Origin: a virus
Virus record (IMG/VR): IMGVR_UViG_3300008261_000042
DNA length: 64,000 nucleotides
Direction: 5' to 3' (one strand)
Part shown: positions 27,138 through 39,720 of the stretch, piece by piece
Layout: the number at the start of each line of letters is the position of its first letter
Position numbering within the stretch: the first letter of the stretch is position 1
Program-made: the position numbers and the translations under genes
Notes under the pieces: model-generated
Told to the model about the DNA's origin: nothing
The model's input: the letters and a program-made list of their open reading frames with translations, nothing else
The model's database searches: none

Positions 27138-27168
27138 AAATCTCCCCTTATTGGGGAGATTTTTTTTT
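27138..27168 (+). terminator. rho-independent terminator
   Basis: AAATCTCCCC-TTATT-GGGGAGATTT followed by T-run. Confidence 0.85.
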
Positions 27169-27226
27169 ATCTTTACTGATAAATAAGATAGGGAAATAGG
27201 TTCCAAAGTAGAGAGATTCATTTACG

Positions 27227-30200
27227 ATGCCACAGAAGACAAATCTTAACGTATCACCATATTTTGATGATTTTGATCCACAAAAGAATTTTACTAGTAA
27301 TTCCTGGCGAGATTGGACTTAATACAAAATTAGATTATGTCAAGTTATCTTCAGTTTCTGAAGTTGCTGTAAATGAAAATGGCGCTATCGTATATAAAAA
27401 ATATGATATTAAAAATTTAATAGGATCTACTTTACGTGGCATTAATTCTGGTGTAACTGGAGTTGTTATTGAAACTGAGTACGCAACTACAGAAGAAGCA
27501 GATACAATTTTTGTTAATTATGTAAACAGTGGCGATGCAGGAAATGAATCTACTTTTAGACAAGGAGAAACTTTAGAAGTGGTAGGTGGTATTAATACTC
27601 CATTGTTGGTAGTGGGAACAGATGGTAGTGTTTTACCTACTACAATTTCTGTATACAATCCCGAAACACAAGAAACTACCTCATTGACTAGTCCAGCAAT
27701 GGGATATGCTACCGCATTAAAAGTAGAAGAAGGTATCTATTTCGTAAACGGTTATTTTGTAAGAAACCAAGAACAACTTTTAATTGTTGACAAATATTAT
27801 GATAAGCCATCTGCAAAAATTGGATTTAACATTATTGAAGATATTATAACTCCAGAAGAAGATGCATCTCTTTACGACAATGCTAGAGGGTTTTCAAACT
27901 ACTCTGCTCCTGGAGCACATAGATTAAAACTTTCTCTTGATCTCAAGAAATATGGATATGAACAATTAACTGATAAAAATTTCATACAGTTAATTAAAAT
28001 TAAAAATGGTATTGTAGAAAAGCAAGTAAGACCAGCAGATTATACATTACTAGAAGAAACACTAGCAAGGAGAACTTTTGATGAATCTGGTGATTATGTA
28101 GTAAAAGATTTTTCAGTAGATATTAGAGAGTACTACCAAAAAAACAACAACGGAGGTATTTTCAAATTATCTGCGAATGGATTAGTAAATAATATTTCAG
28201 AAGAACAAGCATCTAAAAAATTACTTGCAAGTATTGGACCTGGCAAAGCATATGTGCGTGGTTTTGAAATAGTAAATAAAGAAACCAAGTATTTAGAAAT
28301 CGATAAAGCAAGAGATACTTTAACAAGAGATAATGTAACTATTAAATCCAAAGGCTCTTCTACATTTAAAATTTCTAACGTATTTGGTAGTGTACCTCTT
28401 AATAATGTTGCAGGAGATTTGACAGCTTACCCAGATGTTTATTTGAGCTGTGTATTTAATGATGGTTCAATTGGGTTAAATGGTCAAGAAGAAGATGATT
28501 ATTTTAAACTCACAAAATCTAGAAGAGCACAAACATTTACATTAAAAGATGGTATAAAAACAATTTATGTTCAAGTTGCTGATAATTTACCAGCTTCAAG
28601 AAATGAATATCCATCTACTTTATGGTATGTAAAAACTCGTAGTGGTGGAGAACCTTCTTCCGTTGGTTCAGTTGATGTTTTAGCTGGGTCTATTTGCAAA
28701 AGAAATGATGTTTCTACTGCTGCTGGACAATTTTATGTAGAATTTACTATTACTGGAGATAAATCAGTATTAGATACATATTTTCTTGAGTACGATGATG
28801 GAGGAGCTGGTAAGCTACGACTACTGTACGAAACAGAAGCAGATGCTCTAGCAGGTGCTGCTACTTATTATGGCAGGATAGTTGATTATAACAATACAAT
28901 TACTCCAGTAATTGGAATTACAAAGCCAAAGAATTTTACTCTTTCTGATAGAGCATTAGGTTTTAATCCAGATACAGACATTGTTGTTTCCAAAGGAAGG
29001 AGTGGTATAAATTCAAGACCATATAGTGGTATTTTTAATTTTTCTTATTTTAATCCAATTTTCTTCACAAAACTTACATTAGAAGAATCCCCATCTATTG
29101 GATTTGATATTGGAAAATATATTACAGGAAAAACTAGCAATGCATATGGAGTAATTGAATCTGATACTACAGAAAATTATAGCAGTGGCAATACTTTATT
29201 TGTTACCGTTCTTTCTGGAGAATTTATTTCAGGAGAAACTATTTCTGACGAAGATGGAAATAGTTTAAAAATTGCAACAGATAACACAATTTCACATTTC
29301 ATTGTCACTAATCGTGGCAATGGATATACCACAGATGTCAAATTAATTATTGATGGTGATGAAGTTAATTCTACTAAAGTAAATCCAGAATTAATTGGAG
29401 GATCTATTTACAAAATTGATATTAATGATAAGAATGCATTAAGAAAAGAATATGCAGCTCCGCCTATAGTGACTGCATCCCCTCAGCCAGATTCTCAAGA
29501 AAATTACGCAACGATTGTCCCAGTATTATATAAAAATACTGTTTTAATTTATAATCCACAAAATGTAAAATCAATATATTCTAACTACAATAATTACGTA
29601 TTTACGGCAGATATTGATTTTACAAAAACAGAATATTCTGCATACAAGCAAATTACTAACTTTACTTTCTCTGGAAAGAAAGGAGATCGTTATATTGAAT
29701 GCAATGGTTTTGGAGCAAATTTATCTAAAGATTTAATTCAAGGTGATATTATTCAATTTACTGATGAAGTTAATCAAGTAATTAAAAATATTGTTCAATA
29801 TACTTCCGACGCTCAAGGTGTATTCAAGTCAAGAATTTATTTAGACTATAGTTTACCAAATGATATTGTAAATGCAAGCGTAGTTAGAATTAGACCAAAT
29901 ATTGAAAATGTTACTTCATCTTTAGTTTATCCAACAGGAAGCAAGCAAGTTGCTTCTTTAGTAAAAGATACTTCAGATACAAAAATCAAATGCTATATTA
30001 GAAAAGATTTCACTACAGATCTTTCTTCTAGCGGTGGTACTCTAACTTTTACTGCTCAACTAGCTACAGGATTTCAAAGATTTGTTTCATATTCAGAAAA
30101 TTCTTTTGTCCTAACAGTTTTAGATAAAGGAGGTTCGACCGCAGTAAACACTGGAGATATTGTTTATATTCCAGAAGAATATATATCAATTAATAATCCA

Positions 30201-33200
30201 TCAACAGATTCAACTGGGATTACAACTGGTTCTGCTGTGATTACACTACCAGATAACTATTTTGGTTCTGGTTTAACTAATTATCCTAAATTGAAATTAA
30301 CTGCTACTGTAGAAATTGATAAAGCTAAGCCAAGGTTAAAGACTTCAATTACTAATAAAAGAATTGTTGTTAGCTCAAGTGGCGATAAAGTTATTCCATT
30401 ACGTGGTATTGATTACGATGGAGAAAATATCGAAGTTTATTCATATTCTGATGCATACAAATTAAGATATGTTTATGAAGGTACATCAACTACACCACCA
30501 GACGTTGATGCAAGTGGACAATTAATTAGTGGCACAGATATTACATACAAATTTACATTCGATGATGGTCAACGAGATACTTTATATGATGTCTCTAGAA
30601 TCGTTCTCAAGCCAGGATTTGATGCTCCTAATGGACAATTAGTTATTGCATTTGATTATTTTGAACACTCACAAGGAGATTTTTGTACGGTAGATTCATA
30701 TTTACATGAAGCAGGAGTACCTGCAGAAGAAATTCCATCATTTAATTCTGCATTAAATGGAATTGTTTCACTAAAAGATGTAATTGATTTTAGACCAAAA
30801 GTAGATTCTAATACTACTATTACGGGATTCCAAGATGTTTCTATTTTAGCAAATCCAGAAGGTAAGAGCTATGTAAACTTCGTTGGAGATGGAGGAGTAA
30901 TTTCATCAACACCAGCATCAGATAAAAATCTTGAGTATACTATTTCATTTAGCGAAACGCAATACTTAGATCGTATTGATGGAATTTTCTTAAATAAAAA
31001 AGGAGAGTTTATTGTAAAGCAAGGCAATTCTTCAATGAATCCTTCTAAGCCAGATAATGTAGATGATGCAATTGCTATTTGCTATATTCATATTCCATCA
31101 TTTACTATTACTAGCAAAGATGTACGAATTGTTCCAGTAGACAATCGTAGATATACTATGCGTGACATTGGAAAATTGGAGAAGCGCATTGAACGTCTCG
31201 AATACTACACAACTTTAAGTATTCTTGAACAACAAGCACTCAACATGCAAATTAAGGATGAGATTGGATTAGATAGATTTAAGAGTGGCTTTATTGTAGA
31301 TAATTTTGAATCGCATGGCATCGGTAATATCAAATCATCGGATTACAGATGTTCTATAGATACTCAGCAAGCTGTTTTACGTCCACAGGTCAAAGAAAAT
31401 AGTCTTAATCTAGTTGAGATTAACACTAGAGATGATCAACGTTCTATTGCTGGATATACAAAATCAAATAATATTGTAACATTACCATTTAGATCAATAA
31501 AAGTTCTTGGCAATGAATACGCAACCAAGACTATAAATCCAAATCCATTTGTGGTTATTCAATATGTTGGAGATTGTTCCATATCTCCAGTTATCGACCA
31601 GTGGTATGATACTTCTATTGCTCCATTGGCAATAAACAATAATACAAGTCATTTTACTATTTTCCAAGCAAAAGATGATGTAAAAGAATCACTATCTAGT
31701 ATATTCAATTCATTTGTTATTAATTGGGTTGGAACAAATGCTTCATTTTTAAATATAAATTCGTTTGCTTCTGTTGCTAGCGAAACTACAAATTCTTCGG
31801 TTCAACAAGCGTCTATTGCAAGTTCTTCTAATGTTAATCCACAAAATAATGAAATTGGAAAAGGTATTAATTCAAAGACAGTAAACAACAATAGTGTCGC
31901 ATCATCATTGCAGTTTTTTGCTAGATCTATTCCTATTAAATTTAAGGTTCAACGATTAAAAGCTAATACAAATTTAAATGTTTATGTTGATGGTAGAAAT
32001 ATTAATCGTTGGGTAGTTCCTGATGCAATTTTTACTGGAGTAGCAGGTAATTCTTTATCTACTTTTAATTCTTCATTAGTAACAGATGAAAATGGAAATT
32101 TAAGTGGAGTTGTTTTATTCCCAGCTGGTTATCCACCAATTGAAAACTCAAGATGGACTGGAAATGTAAATACTGTTTCTTATGATGAAGGTTCTGAAGA
32201 AATTAGATTTACCGCTGGAGAAAAAACAATTACGTTTGCATCTTCATCTGAATACTCAGATAAATTATCTTCAGATACTTATGCTGAAATTAAGTTTTAT
32301 TCTTCTGGAATTATTCCAGAAAATCCACCTTCAGTAATTTCAACTTCTGCTGCTTATTTCAAAGCTAATGAAGGAGTTCAGTTAGTCAATAGCAATACAG
32401 ATCAAGAATCAAAACCAAATCCATTAGCACAAACATTTAAAATTGAAAATTTTGCTGGTGGTATGTTTACTACTGGGGTTGATTTGTTCTTTAATAAAAA
32501 AGATAATGTAGTACCAATTAGAGTATATTTAACTAATATTGATACAGGAAAACCTGGAAAATATATTATTCCTGGATCAGAATCTGTAATGTATCCAGAA
32601 ACTTATTTAAAAGTTTACCTTACTGGCGATTCCGATACAATTTCAATTAAGAAAGGTGAATTTGTAAAAGGTAAAAATTCAAATGCAACTGGTCCAGTTT
32701 TAAAAGTATTTGATAAAAATAATATTTTAGTTGGAGACGAAAATTCTGTTCAATTCCAACTAAACAAAGAGCAAGTTTATACACTTGTTTTAAGTAATAA
32801 TAATGGTGTTTCATTTTTACAAAATGAACCATTAGAAATTGCATCAATTACTGAATTTAATAATACTAGAAATAAAAGTGCAGTTTTAACAATTGCAAAA
32901 GATTCTGGAAAAGTAATTGATTTGAAAGTAACTAATGTAGGAGATAATTATGAAAGTGCTACTATTGTAATTGAAAGCCCTCAACTTCCAGGAGGAAGTA
33001 CTGCAACTGGTACAGTTAGCGTTTCTGAATTTAAAATTTATAATGCAGAAATTTCATTAAATGGTCGTGGTTATACAGAAGCTCCTTCAGTTGTAGTTAA
33101 AGGAGTTGGTAGTGGTGCAGGGGAAGCTAAGATAGAATCGGTAATTGAAATAGATACCCCAGCTGTAAGGATGGGAATTGCTACCGATGAATTTAGTGAA

Positions 33201-35165
33201 ACTAAATCTATAGTGCCAACTAGATTTAACTTTAAGCACCCAGTATATTTGCAAAATAATTCAGAATATGCCTTAACTATAGAAACAGATTCTATCAACT
33301 ATGAAATTTGGTCCTCTAGATTAGGAGAGACTGAAATTGCAACAAGCACTACAGTTAATTCACAACCACTACTAGGTTCTGTTTATAAATCACAAAATAC
33401 TGATAACTGGACAGAAGATTTATTTGAAGATATTAAATTTACTTTATATAGAGCAGAATTTGATATTTCAAGGCCAGCTGAATTATTATTAACTAATAGT
33501 AATTTAGGATATGAATTATTAGATTCAAATCCATTTGAAACTAGTGTTAGATCTTCTACTAATGCTACTTCAAATCTATTTAAAAATAATAACTCAATTG
33601 TAAAAGTAAATCACAGAGACCATGGATTTGAAGATTCAGGAAAATCATATGTATTCTTTAGAAATGCAGAAACTGTTGGTGGAATTGCGTCAACCACGTT
33701 AAATTCGTTATTATTCAAAATTACTAATTCTGGATTAGATTCTTATAATATTATTTCCCCAAATCGAGCTGGATCTAGTGTTGTTGGTGGTGGTAATAAA
33801 GTTTTAGCTTCATACAATAGAAAATATGAAAAACTTTATGCACAAATTTCATACCTACAATTAGAAGGAACTACTATTGACACCTTTGTAAAAACTACAA
33901 ATATTACTCCAGTAGATTCTAAATCTATTAATTTCCCTTCATACACACAAACAGATTATGAAAAAACTTTCTTAAATCAAGAACAGTTTTTCTCAAATCA
34001 AAAAATAGTTGCTTCCAGAATTAATGAGACTTTAAATTCACTTAATAGATCTTTAACATATAAAGTCAATTTATCTTCAACCATTTCTTATCTATCTCCA
34101 GTAATTGATTTAAATACTTGTTCCGTTAAAATGTCAACTAATAGAATTGAAAATTCTACTGGTTATGAAAATAGATTTGGTAAAAGATATCAAGTATTAA
34201 AATTCTCTCCTCTTTATAATATTGGTTTAATTGTTGTTGGTTCTGATGACGATTTAGTTACTGGTACTGTATTATCTGGACAAACAAGTAAAGCAGTTGG
34301 AACAATATTGAATTACAGTAATAATGTAGCATTAATAACATTAAATACTTCAGTTTCATTTGAAACTAATGAGCAAATTATTGCTACTACTTCTGCTGGT
34401 ATTCGCATTACATCAGTTAATTTAAGTGTTTCTTCTTCAACTGAACAAATTTACACATTCAGTGAAAATGCTGATTTGATTGCATATTATCCACAAAATG
34501 TAAATATTGATTATGGTAATATTATTAATGGTAAAATTATTTCGTGGGATTCTAAAGATAAAAAAATTATTGTAGAAAATAGTTATTTACCAATTTCAAA
34601 TAACTATACTAGCCCTATTACAAAAGATAGTGCATTTGTAAGAAAAGAAACTGAACAATCACAAGATATCTTTAGAGTTGGGGATATTGTAAAAACTGGA
34701 GATGGTAAATATGTTACTGTTTCTGAAATGAATTTCACGACTGGAGTTGATTTCACACCAGAAGTTAGTTCGAGAAATAGTTCAGCATTAGCAAAGTATG
34801 TTTCTAAAGAAGTTGCAATTAATAGTCCTGGAACTTCAGTAGATGTTAGAATCACTGCAAATGTAAAAGATACCGAAAATATAAAAATTCTTTACAAGAT
34901 TAAAGAAGCATCATTGCAATCAAATTTTGAGGACATTAATTGGAAATATTTTAATATTGATGGTTCTCCTGATAATGAGGATTTAGCAACAGCAGAAAAT
35001 TCAATTTCAGCAATTGTTGAAAAGCAATCTTCGTATCAAGAATTTAAATACAGTGCTACAAATTTACCAGAATTTACTTCCTTTGCTATAAAAATTATAA
35101 TGAAAACAGATGATCCAGCATATTCTCCCAAAATTCAAGATGTTCGTGCAGTAGCTTCATTCTAA
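27227..35165 (+). CDS. DUF4815/VrlC-like large virion structural protein; 5' end interrupted by an apparent deletion and frameshift near 27293
   Basis: ATG 27227 gives MPQKTNLNVSPYFDDFDPQKNF, then a stop at 27320-27322; the main body (LVIPGE..., APGAHRLK, LARRTFDESGDY, RRYTMRDIGKLEKRIERLEYYT) is in the +1 frame; ATAAATA at 27179. Confidence 0.8.
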
Positions 35166-35359
35166 TGTATATTCAAGTTGAAGGCCATCCAAATTTAGTT
35201 AGAGATGCTAACACTGGGGCAATCATAAGTAGGGATCGCCCCACAAAAAGATTAACATCTGAGTTTAATACAATGAAAGATGACATAAATACTTTGAAGG
35301 AAGAACTATCTGAAATTAAACAGCTTCTTAGAGAGATTGTAAGAAATGCCAGCAATTAA
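35165..35359 (+). CDS. conserved small cyanophage protein (VEGHPNLVRD..TGAII)
   Basis: coupled to both neighbours. Confidence 0.8.
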   Translation: MYIQVEGHPNLVRDANTGAIISRDRPTKRLTSEFNTMKDDINTLKEELSEIKQLLREIVRNASN

Positions 35360-38300
35360 CGTCGCCAAAACAGATACCTTTGAGATTCAAAGGCAAAAAA
35401 TTAATCAGATTGGTAATCAAATTTTTAGCATATCTCAAGGTGGTAGTGATTTATCTACTGGCAATTTAAAATTAGGTGATGGATTAGTAGATTCTCCTTC
35501 TTTGTCTTTTTTATCTGATGGAGAATTAGGACTATTTAAAGCCTCCCAAGAAACTGTTGGATTTGTTAGTGCATCCAAAAAAATATTTCAATATGATTCT
35601 ATTGGTAGCTACTTCTTTAGAGATTTATTAATTCAAAAAAAGCAAATTAATGCGGTCTCGATTGAAAACGAAGGAAAAAATTATGATCCTGGATCATATA
35701 CTAATATTCCTGCGTTAGGTGGTGCTGGTGCTGGAGCAACTTTAGATATTACTGTTTCGGCATACAGTGGAACAACTACTCCTGGATCTGGATATACCTA
35801 TCCGTCAAGCGGAGGTGGTTTAGGGGGAGGAGGTGTTCAGCAATTTACTGGCATTCCATTATCTGGAGGTAATGGAACTGGAGCAATTGCAAACTTAACT
35901 TTTTCAAATGGAGGATTTTCAGAAACAGATATAACTACATTTGGAACTGGTTATTTAGTTGGTAACACACTAGTTCTTCCATCTACAAAAAATAATATAT
36001 CTGTAACTATACAGCAAAACCAATCATCTATTACTGTAGCATCCACTGCGGGATTTTTTGTTGGTATGGTACTCACTAAAGTTAGTGGAACACCGTCTTT
36101 AGTGGCTCCAAATGATTTAAATGGCAATCCTTTACCATTAGTTATAACAGGAATTAGTGGTGATACGACTATTCAAACTAATGGTCAAGGATCTGCAGAT
36201 GGTAATGCAGTATATAATTTTAGTGTTCCTTGGGGTTCTGGAATAGGTTATAACTATGTAATTAATAAATTAGGCATAATAACAGAAGTTAGTATAAATG
36301 AAATTGGCAATGGTTATGAAGAAGGAAATATTTTAACTGTTAATAATCTTGCTTTAACTAAACCAATTCCATATACAGTTGCAACTAAACAATCAATTTT
36401 AGTTACATTTACTACTACTGTACCATCATCATATTTTACTGTTGGTAATAATTACGTTTTTACTCAATCTGGTCCGACTGGAGATACAAACACTACTGTA
36501 ACAGTAATAGAAAAACAAGTTACTGGTTTAAATATTACTGACATAACAGTAACTGTTGTTGGTACATCGGGAAGTGTTTCTTCTGGTAATACAGTTGGTC
36601 CTTATACAGTTGATACTGCAACCCAAGGAAATAAATACACCATAGATTTTAATGATGGCAATGATGCTCAATTATATCCAGATTTTACTCTATTAAAAGA
36701 TAATACATATACATTTACTTATCCAAGTAACCATCCACTAAAATTTAGTATTCATCCAAGAGGAATTTGGAACACTAAAAATGTTGGTGTTTTAAATGTA
36801 ACTACAGGAAGTAAAGTTTTAAACGTTGCTAATACTACTGGCATATTGCCAGGAATGATAGTAGAAAAAGATAATAGTGTTACAGGAGAACTTGCTGCTT
36901 ATGCAGCAAATACCACAGTAGTATCAGTTACTTCAAATACCGTAACAATTTCTGATTTTCCGACATCAGCAGGAGAAGTTACTACTATTTTCAAAGGAGC
37001 TTTATATAATGGTACTGAGGTAACATACGGAAATACTACAGTAACAATTCGTCCAAGTATTGATACTCCACCAACTTTATATTACTACTGCTCTCAACAT
37101 TCGGACATGTCGGGTGGTCTAGGTTATGAAGCAGTAGTAACAGTAAGTCAAATTAATCCAAAAGTATTTGGTTCGGAAGCTGAATTTTTTGTTGACGCTG
37201 TAGATATTACTGATATGTTTACAGCAAATATCGAAGATGGTTTAGTTACAACTTTTAATATTCAAAGTACTCAAGTAACAAGTAATATTTTAAATGCCAC
37301 TACTGGAAATATTACTTCAGTATCTGCAAACACTAGTGTAACTACACCATTATTAAGAAATACTTCTAATTTAACTTTAACATCTGGCGATACATCTAAT
37401 ATAGTATTAAATACTCAATCGTTAAAGTTAGGAACGGCATTAACGATTACTTCTTCTTCTGGTAAAATAGAAACATTAGGAGAAATAAAAACTTCAGATA
37501 AAATAAATGTAAGTGATGTTTTAAATATAACAAATGCGGATATTAAATCTTTAGGTACTAGCGATATTAGTTTATCGCCAGCAACAAATAGAGTAGTAAA
37601 AATTAATGCTAATTCTGCTTTAGTTATTCCTTCTGGAAATAGCTCGGCAAGACCAACTATTTTAGCAGAAAATGGTGCTATAAGATTTAATACTACTACC
37701 CAACAATATGAAGGTTATAGTCAATCTGCCGCATCATGGTCTTCTTTAGGTGGTGTTAGAGATCTTGATGGAAATACTTATATTTTAGCAGAAGAAACAA
37801 TAGGTGCAAATGACAACACATTATGGTTTATTAATGATAATAATAATACAATAAAATTCACACCAGTTTATCAAGAATTTGTAAGTACAAAAAAAGTAAG
37901 ATCGGTAAACACTTCCGCTCCAGAATATACAGAATGGAATTCAAATATTCCAGTAACTGCTGGACAATATTTAAAATATAGAAATAATATTTATGTTGTT
38001 GTTTCTTCTGGTGTAACTGGAACTTCTGGTTCCGAACCAACTAATACCAGTGGAAATAATTTTCCAAATGGAACTTGCATATTAGCATATTTTACTACAG
38101 CAGTAGCACCATTAACTTTTGAAGAAATTTCAGAACTTAGAATAGCTCCAACTGGAGGAACGCCATTATCTATTAACGGAGATCTTCGATTAGCAAATAA
38201 TGTTATATCTACTGATATAAATGATTTATTAGTTCGTCCAAATTCTGGTAAAAAAGTTACTATTGATGCTAATACTTCTTTAGTTCTTCCAGTAGGAAAT

Positions 38301-39158
38301 AGTAATGAAAGAGGTGCTCCAGTAAGAGGTTCTGTTAGATTTAACACAACAATTCTTCAATATGAAGGATACGATGGTACTAACTGGTCTTCTTTAGGAG
38401 GAGTTCGTGATGTAGATGGAAATACTTATATTATACCAGAATTATCCCCTGGCTCTAATGAAAATATTTTATATTTCTATAATAATGGAAATAATACATT
38501 AAGAGTAACAGAAAACCAAATAGAATTAGATTCTATTGATACTATTAATTCAGTAGATTCAGATATATTAAATTTAAATGCTAAATTAATAACATTCGAT
38601 AATTTATCTACTTCTATTGATAATAATGGATCTAGTACATTTATTACAACAACTAAAGATAATCTTGATTTTGGATTATCAAGTGGTTTAACAAATGATC
38701 CATTACTTAGATTATCTGATACTGGTGATATTTACTACAATCTTGGTTTTGGTTCTGGAATCTATAATGGTCTTAAAATATTAGATACAGATTTAAAACA
38801 ATTTGAGTTAGCTGATTACAAACTTTCTACATCTAAAGTTATTTTAAATAGAGGAACTGTTAATTCAGGAAGTTCTGTTATATATAATCCAGCTGTACAT
38901 GCTTCTGCTAAGGTTCAAGTTATTGCTCATAATACTACAACAGGTGATAAAGAATTTATAGAATATTCTGTAATTGATAAAGGATCTGATATATTCTTTA
39001 CTGATTTTGGCAATGTTAAAACAGGAGCAGAATTAATTTCATGTATATTTGATTTTAATGCTAGCAATAATGTTCGTATAACATTTACGTTAGATACTAC
39101 TATAACTGCTGGCAATTTAGTAGAGGTTACTGTTATTAGTAATATTATTAAGAGGTAA
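35346..39158 (+). CDS. tail fibre or baseplate-associated structural protein
   Basis: TDTFEIQRQKIN start; duplicated G.IRFNTT..QYEGY...WSSLGGVRD.DGNTYI modules; YYYCSQHSDM motif. Confidence 0.75.
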   Translation: MPAINVAKTDTFEIQRQKINQIGNQIFSISQGGSDLSTGNLKLGDGLVDSPSLSFLSDGELGLFKASQETVGFVSASKKIFQYDSIGSYFFRDLLIQKKQINAVSIENEGKNYDPGSYTNIPALGGAGAGATLDITVSAYSGTTTPGSGYTYPSSGGGLGGGGVQQFTGIPLSGGNGTGAIANLTFSNGGFSETDITTFGTGYLVGNTLVLPSTKNNISVTIQQNQSSITVASTAGFFVGMVLTKVSGTPSLVAPNDLNGNPLPLVITGISGDTTIQTNGQGSADGNAVYNFSVPWGSGIGYNYVINKLGIITEVSINEIGNGYEEGNILTVNNLALTKPIPYTVATKQSILVTFTTTVPSSYFTVGNNYVFTQSGPTGDTNTTVTVIEKQVTGLNITDITVTVVGTSGSVSSGNTVGPYTVDTATQGNKYTIDFNDGNDAQLYPDFTLLKDNTYTFTYPSNHPLKFSIHPRGIWNTKNVGVLNVTTGSKVLNVANTTGILPGMIVEKDNSVTGELAAYAANTTVVSVTSNTVTISDFPTSAGEVTTIFKGALYNGTEVTYGNTTVTIRPSIDTPPTLYYYCSQHSDMSGGLGYEAVVTVSQINPKVFGSEAEFFVDAVDITDMFTANIEDGLVTTFNIQSTQVTSNILNATTGNITSVSANTSVTTPLLRNTSNLTLTSGDTSNIVLNTQSLKLGTALTITSSSGKIETLGEIKTSDKINVSDVLNITNADIKSLGTSDISLSPATNRVVKINANSALVIPSGNSSARPTILAENGAIRFNTTTQQYEGYSQSAASWSSLGGVRDLDGNTYILAEETIGANDNTLWFINDNNNTIKFTPVYQEFVSTKKVRSVNTSAPEYTEWNSNIPVTAGQYLKYRNNIYVVVSSGVTGTSGSEPTNTSGNNFPNGTCILAYFTTAVAPLTFEEISELRIAPTGGTPLSINGDLRLANNVISTDINDLLVRPNSGKKVTIDANTSLVLPVGNSNERGAPVRGSVRFNTTILQYEGYDGTNWSSLGGVRDVDGNTYIIPELSPGSNENILYFYNNGNNTLRVTENQIELDSIDTINSVDSDILNLNAKLITFDNLSTSIDNNGSSTFITTTKDNLDFGLSSGLTNDPLLRLSDTGDIYYNLGFGSGIYNGLKILDTDLKQFELADYKLSTSKVILNRGTVNSGSSVIYNPAVHASAKVQVIAHNTTTGDKEFIEYSVIDKGSDIFFTDFGNVKTGAELISCIFDFNASNNVRITFTLDTTITAGNLVEVTVISNIIKR

Positions 39159-39160
39159 AC

Positions 39161-39670
39161 ATGGCATCAAATTTAAAAACGTTAGATTCTGTAGGTGGAT
39201 TTTCAGTAGATAATACTACTTTAATTAATGAAAAAAAAGATATCAAAAATGCTAATTCTTTAGAGGTTAAAAATTCTTTTTATCAAGATAGTTCAACTAC
39301 ATATTATATTTTACGTGGATTAAATACATCGACACTTTCTTTAGATGATGTCGGAAGTCAAATTATTCTTCCTTCAAACACTATTAATTTTATTACTGCA
39401 AGTATAGTTGCGGTTAATGCTACTGGAGGTGGTCATTTATCTTCAAAAATTGAAAGCGCCGTTTCTGTTGGATCTAATGGTAATGTACAAGAATTGTCAT
39501 CAATGACTACTATTATTAAAGATAGTATTCCAGAAGGAGAGTCTTGGACAATACAACCTTTTGATTCTGGCTCTGCAAATAGATATAGTTACTCTACAGT
39601 TAGAGCAGGTACAACAGCAACTATTAAATGGGTTGTTTACGTCAAAGTAGTAAGTATAGCTTGGTCTTGA
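39161..39670 (+). CDS. virion structural protein
   Basis: GAGG SD; beta-rich; within tail module. Confidence 0.7.
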   Translation: MASNLKTLDSVGGFSVDNTTLINEKKDIKNANSLEVKNSFYQDSSTTYYILRGLNTSTLSLDDVGSQIILPSNTINFITASIVAVNATGGGHLSSKIESAVSVGSNGNVQELSSMTTIIKDSIPEGESWTIQPFDSGSANRYSYSTVRAGTTATIKWVVYVKVVSIAWS

Positions 39671-39720
39671 TGCTAAATAGTTAAAGAAAATAAAATTTAC
39701 GCCAGAGGCTCGATAGTAAG

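Noticed and set aside
27280-27300. Programmed ribosomal frameshift
   Set aside because: It would need +1 with no clear slippery or stimulatory signal, and a conserved block appears to be missing, so deletion is more parsimonious
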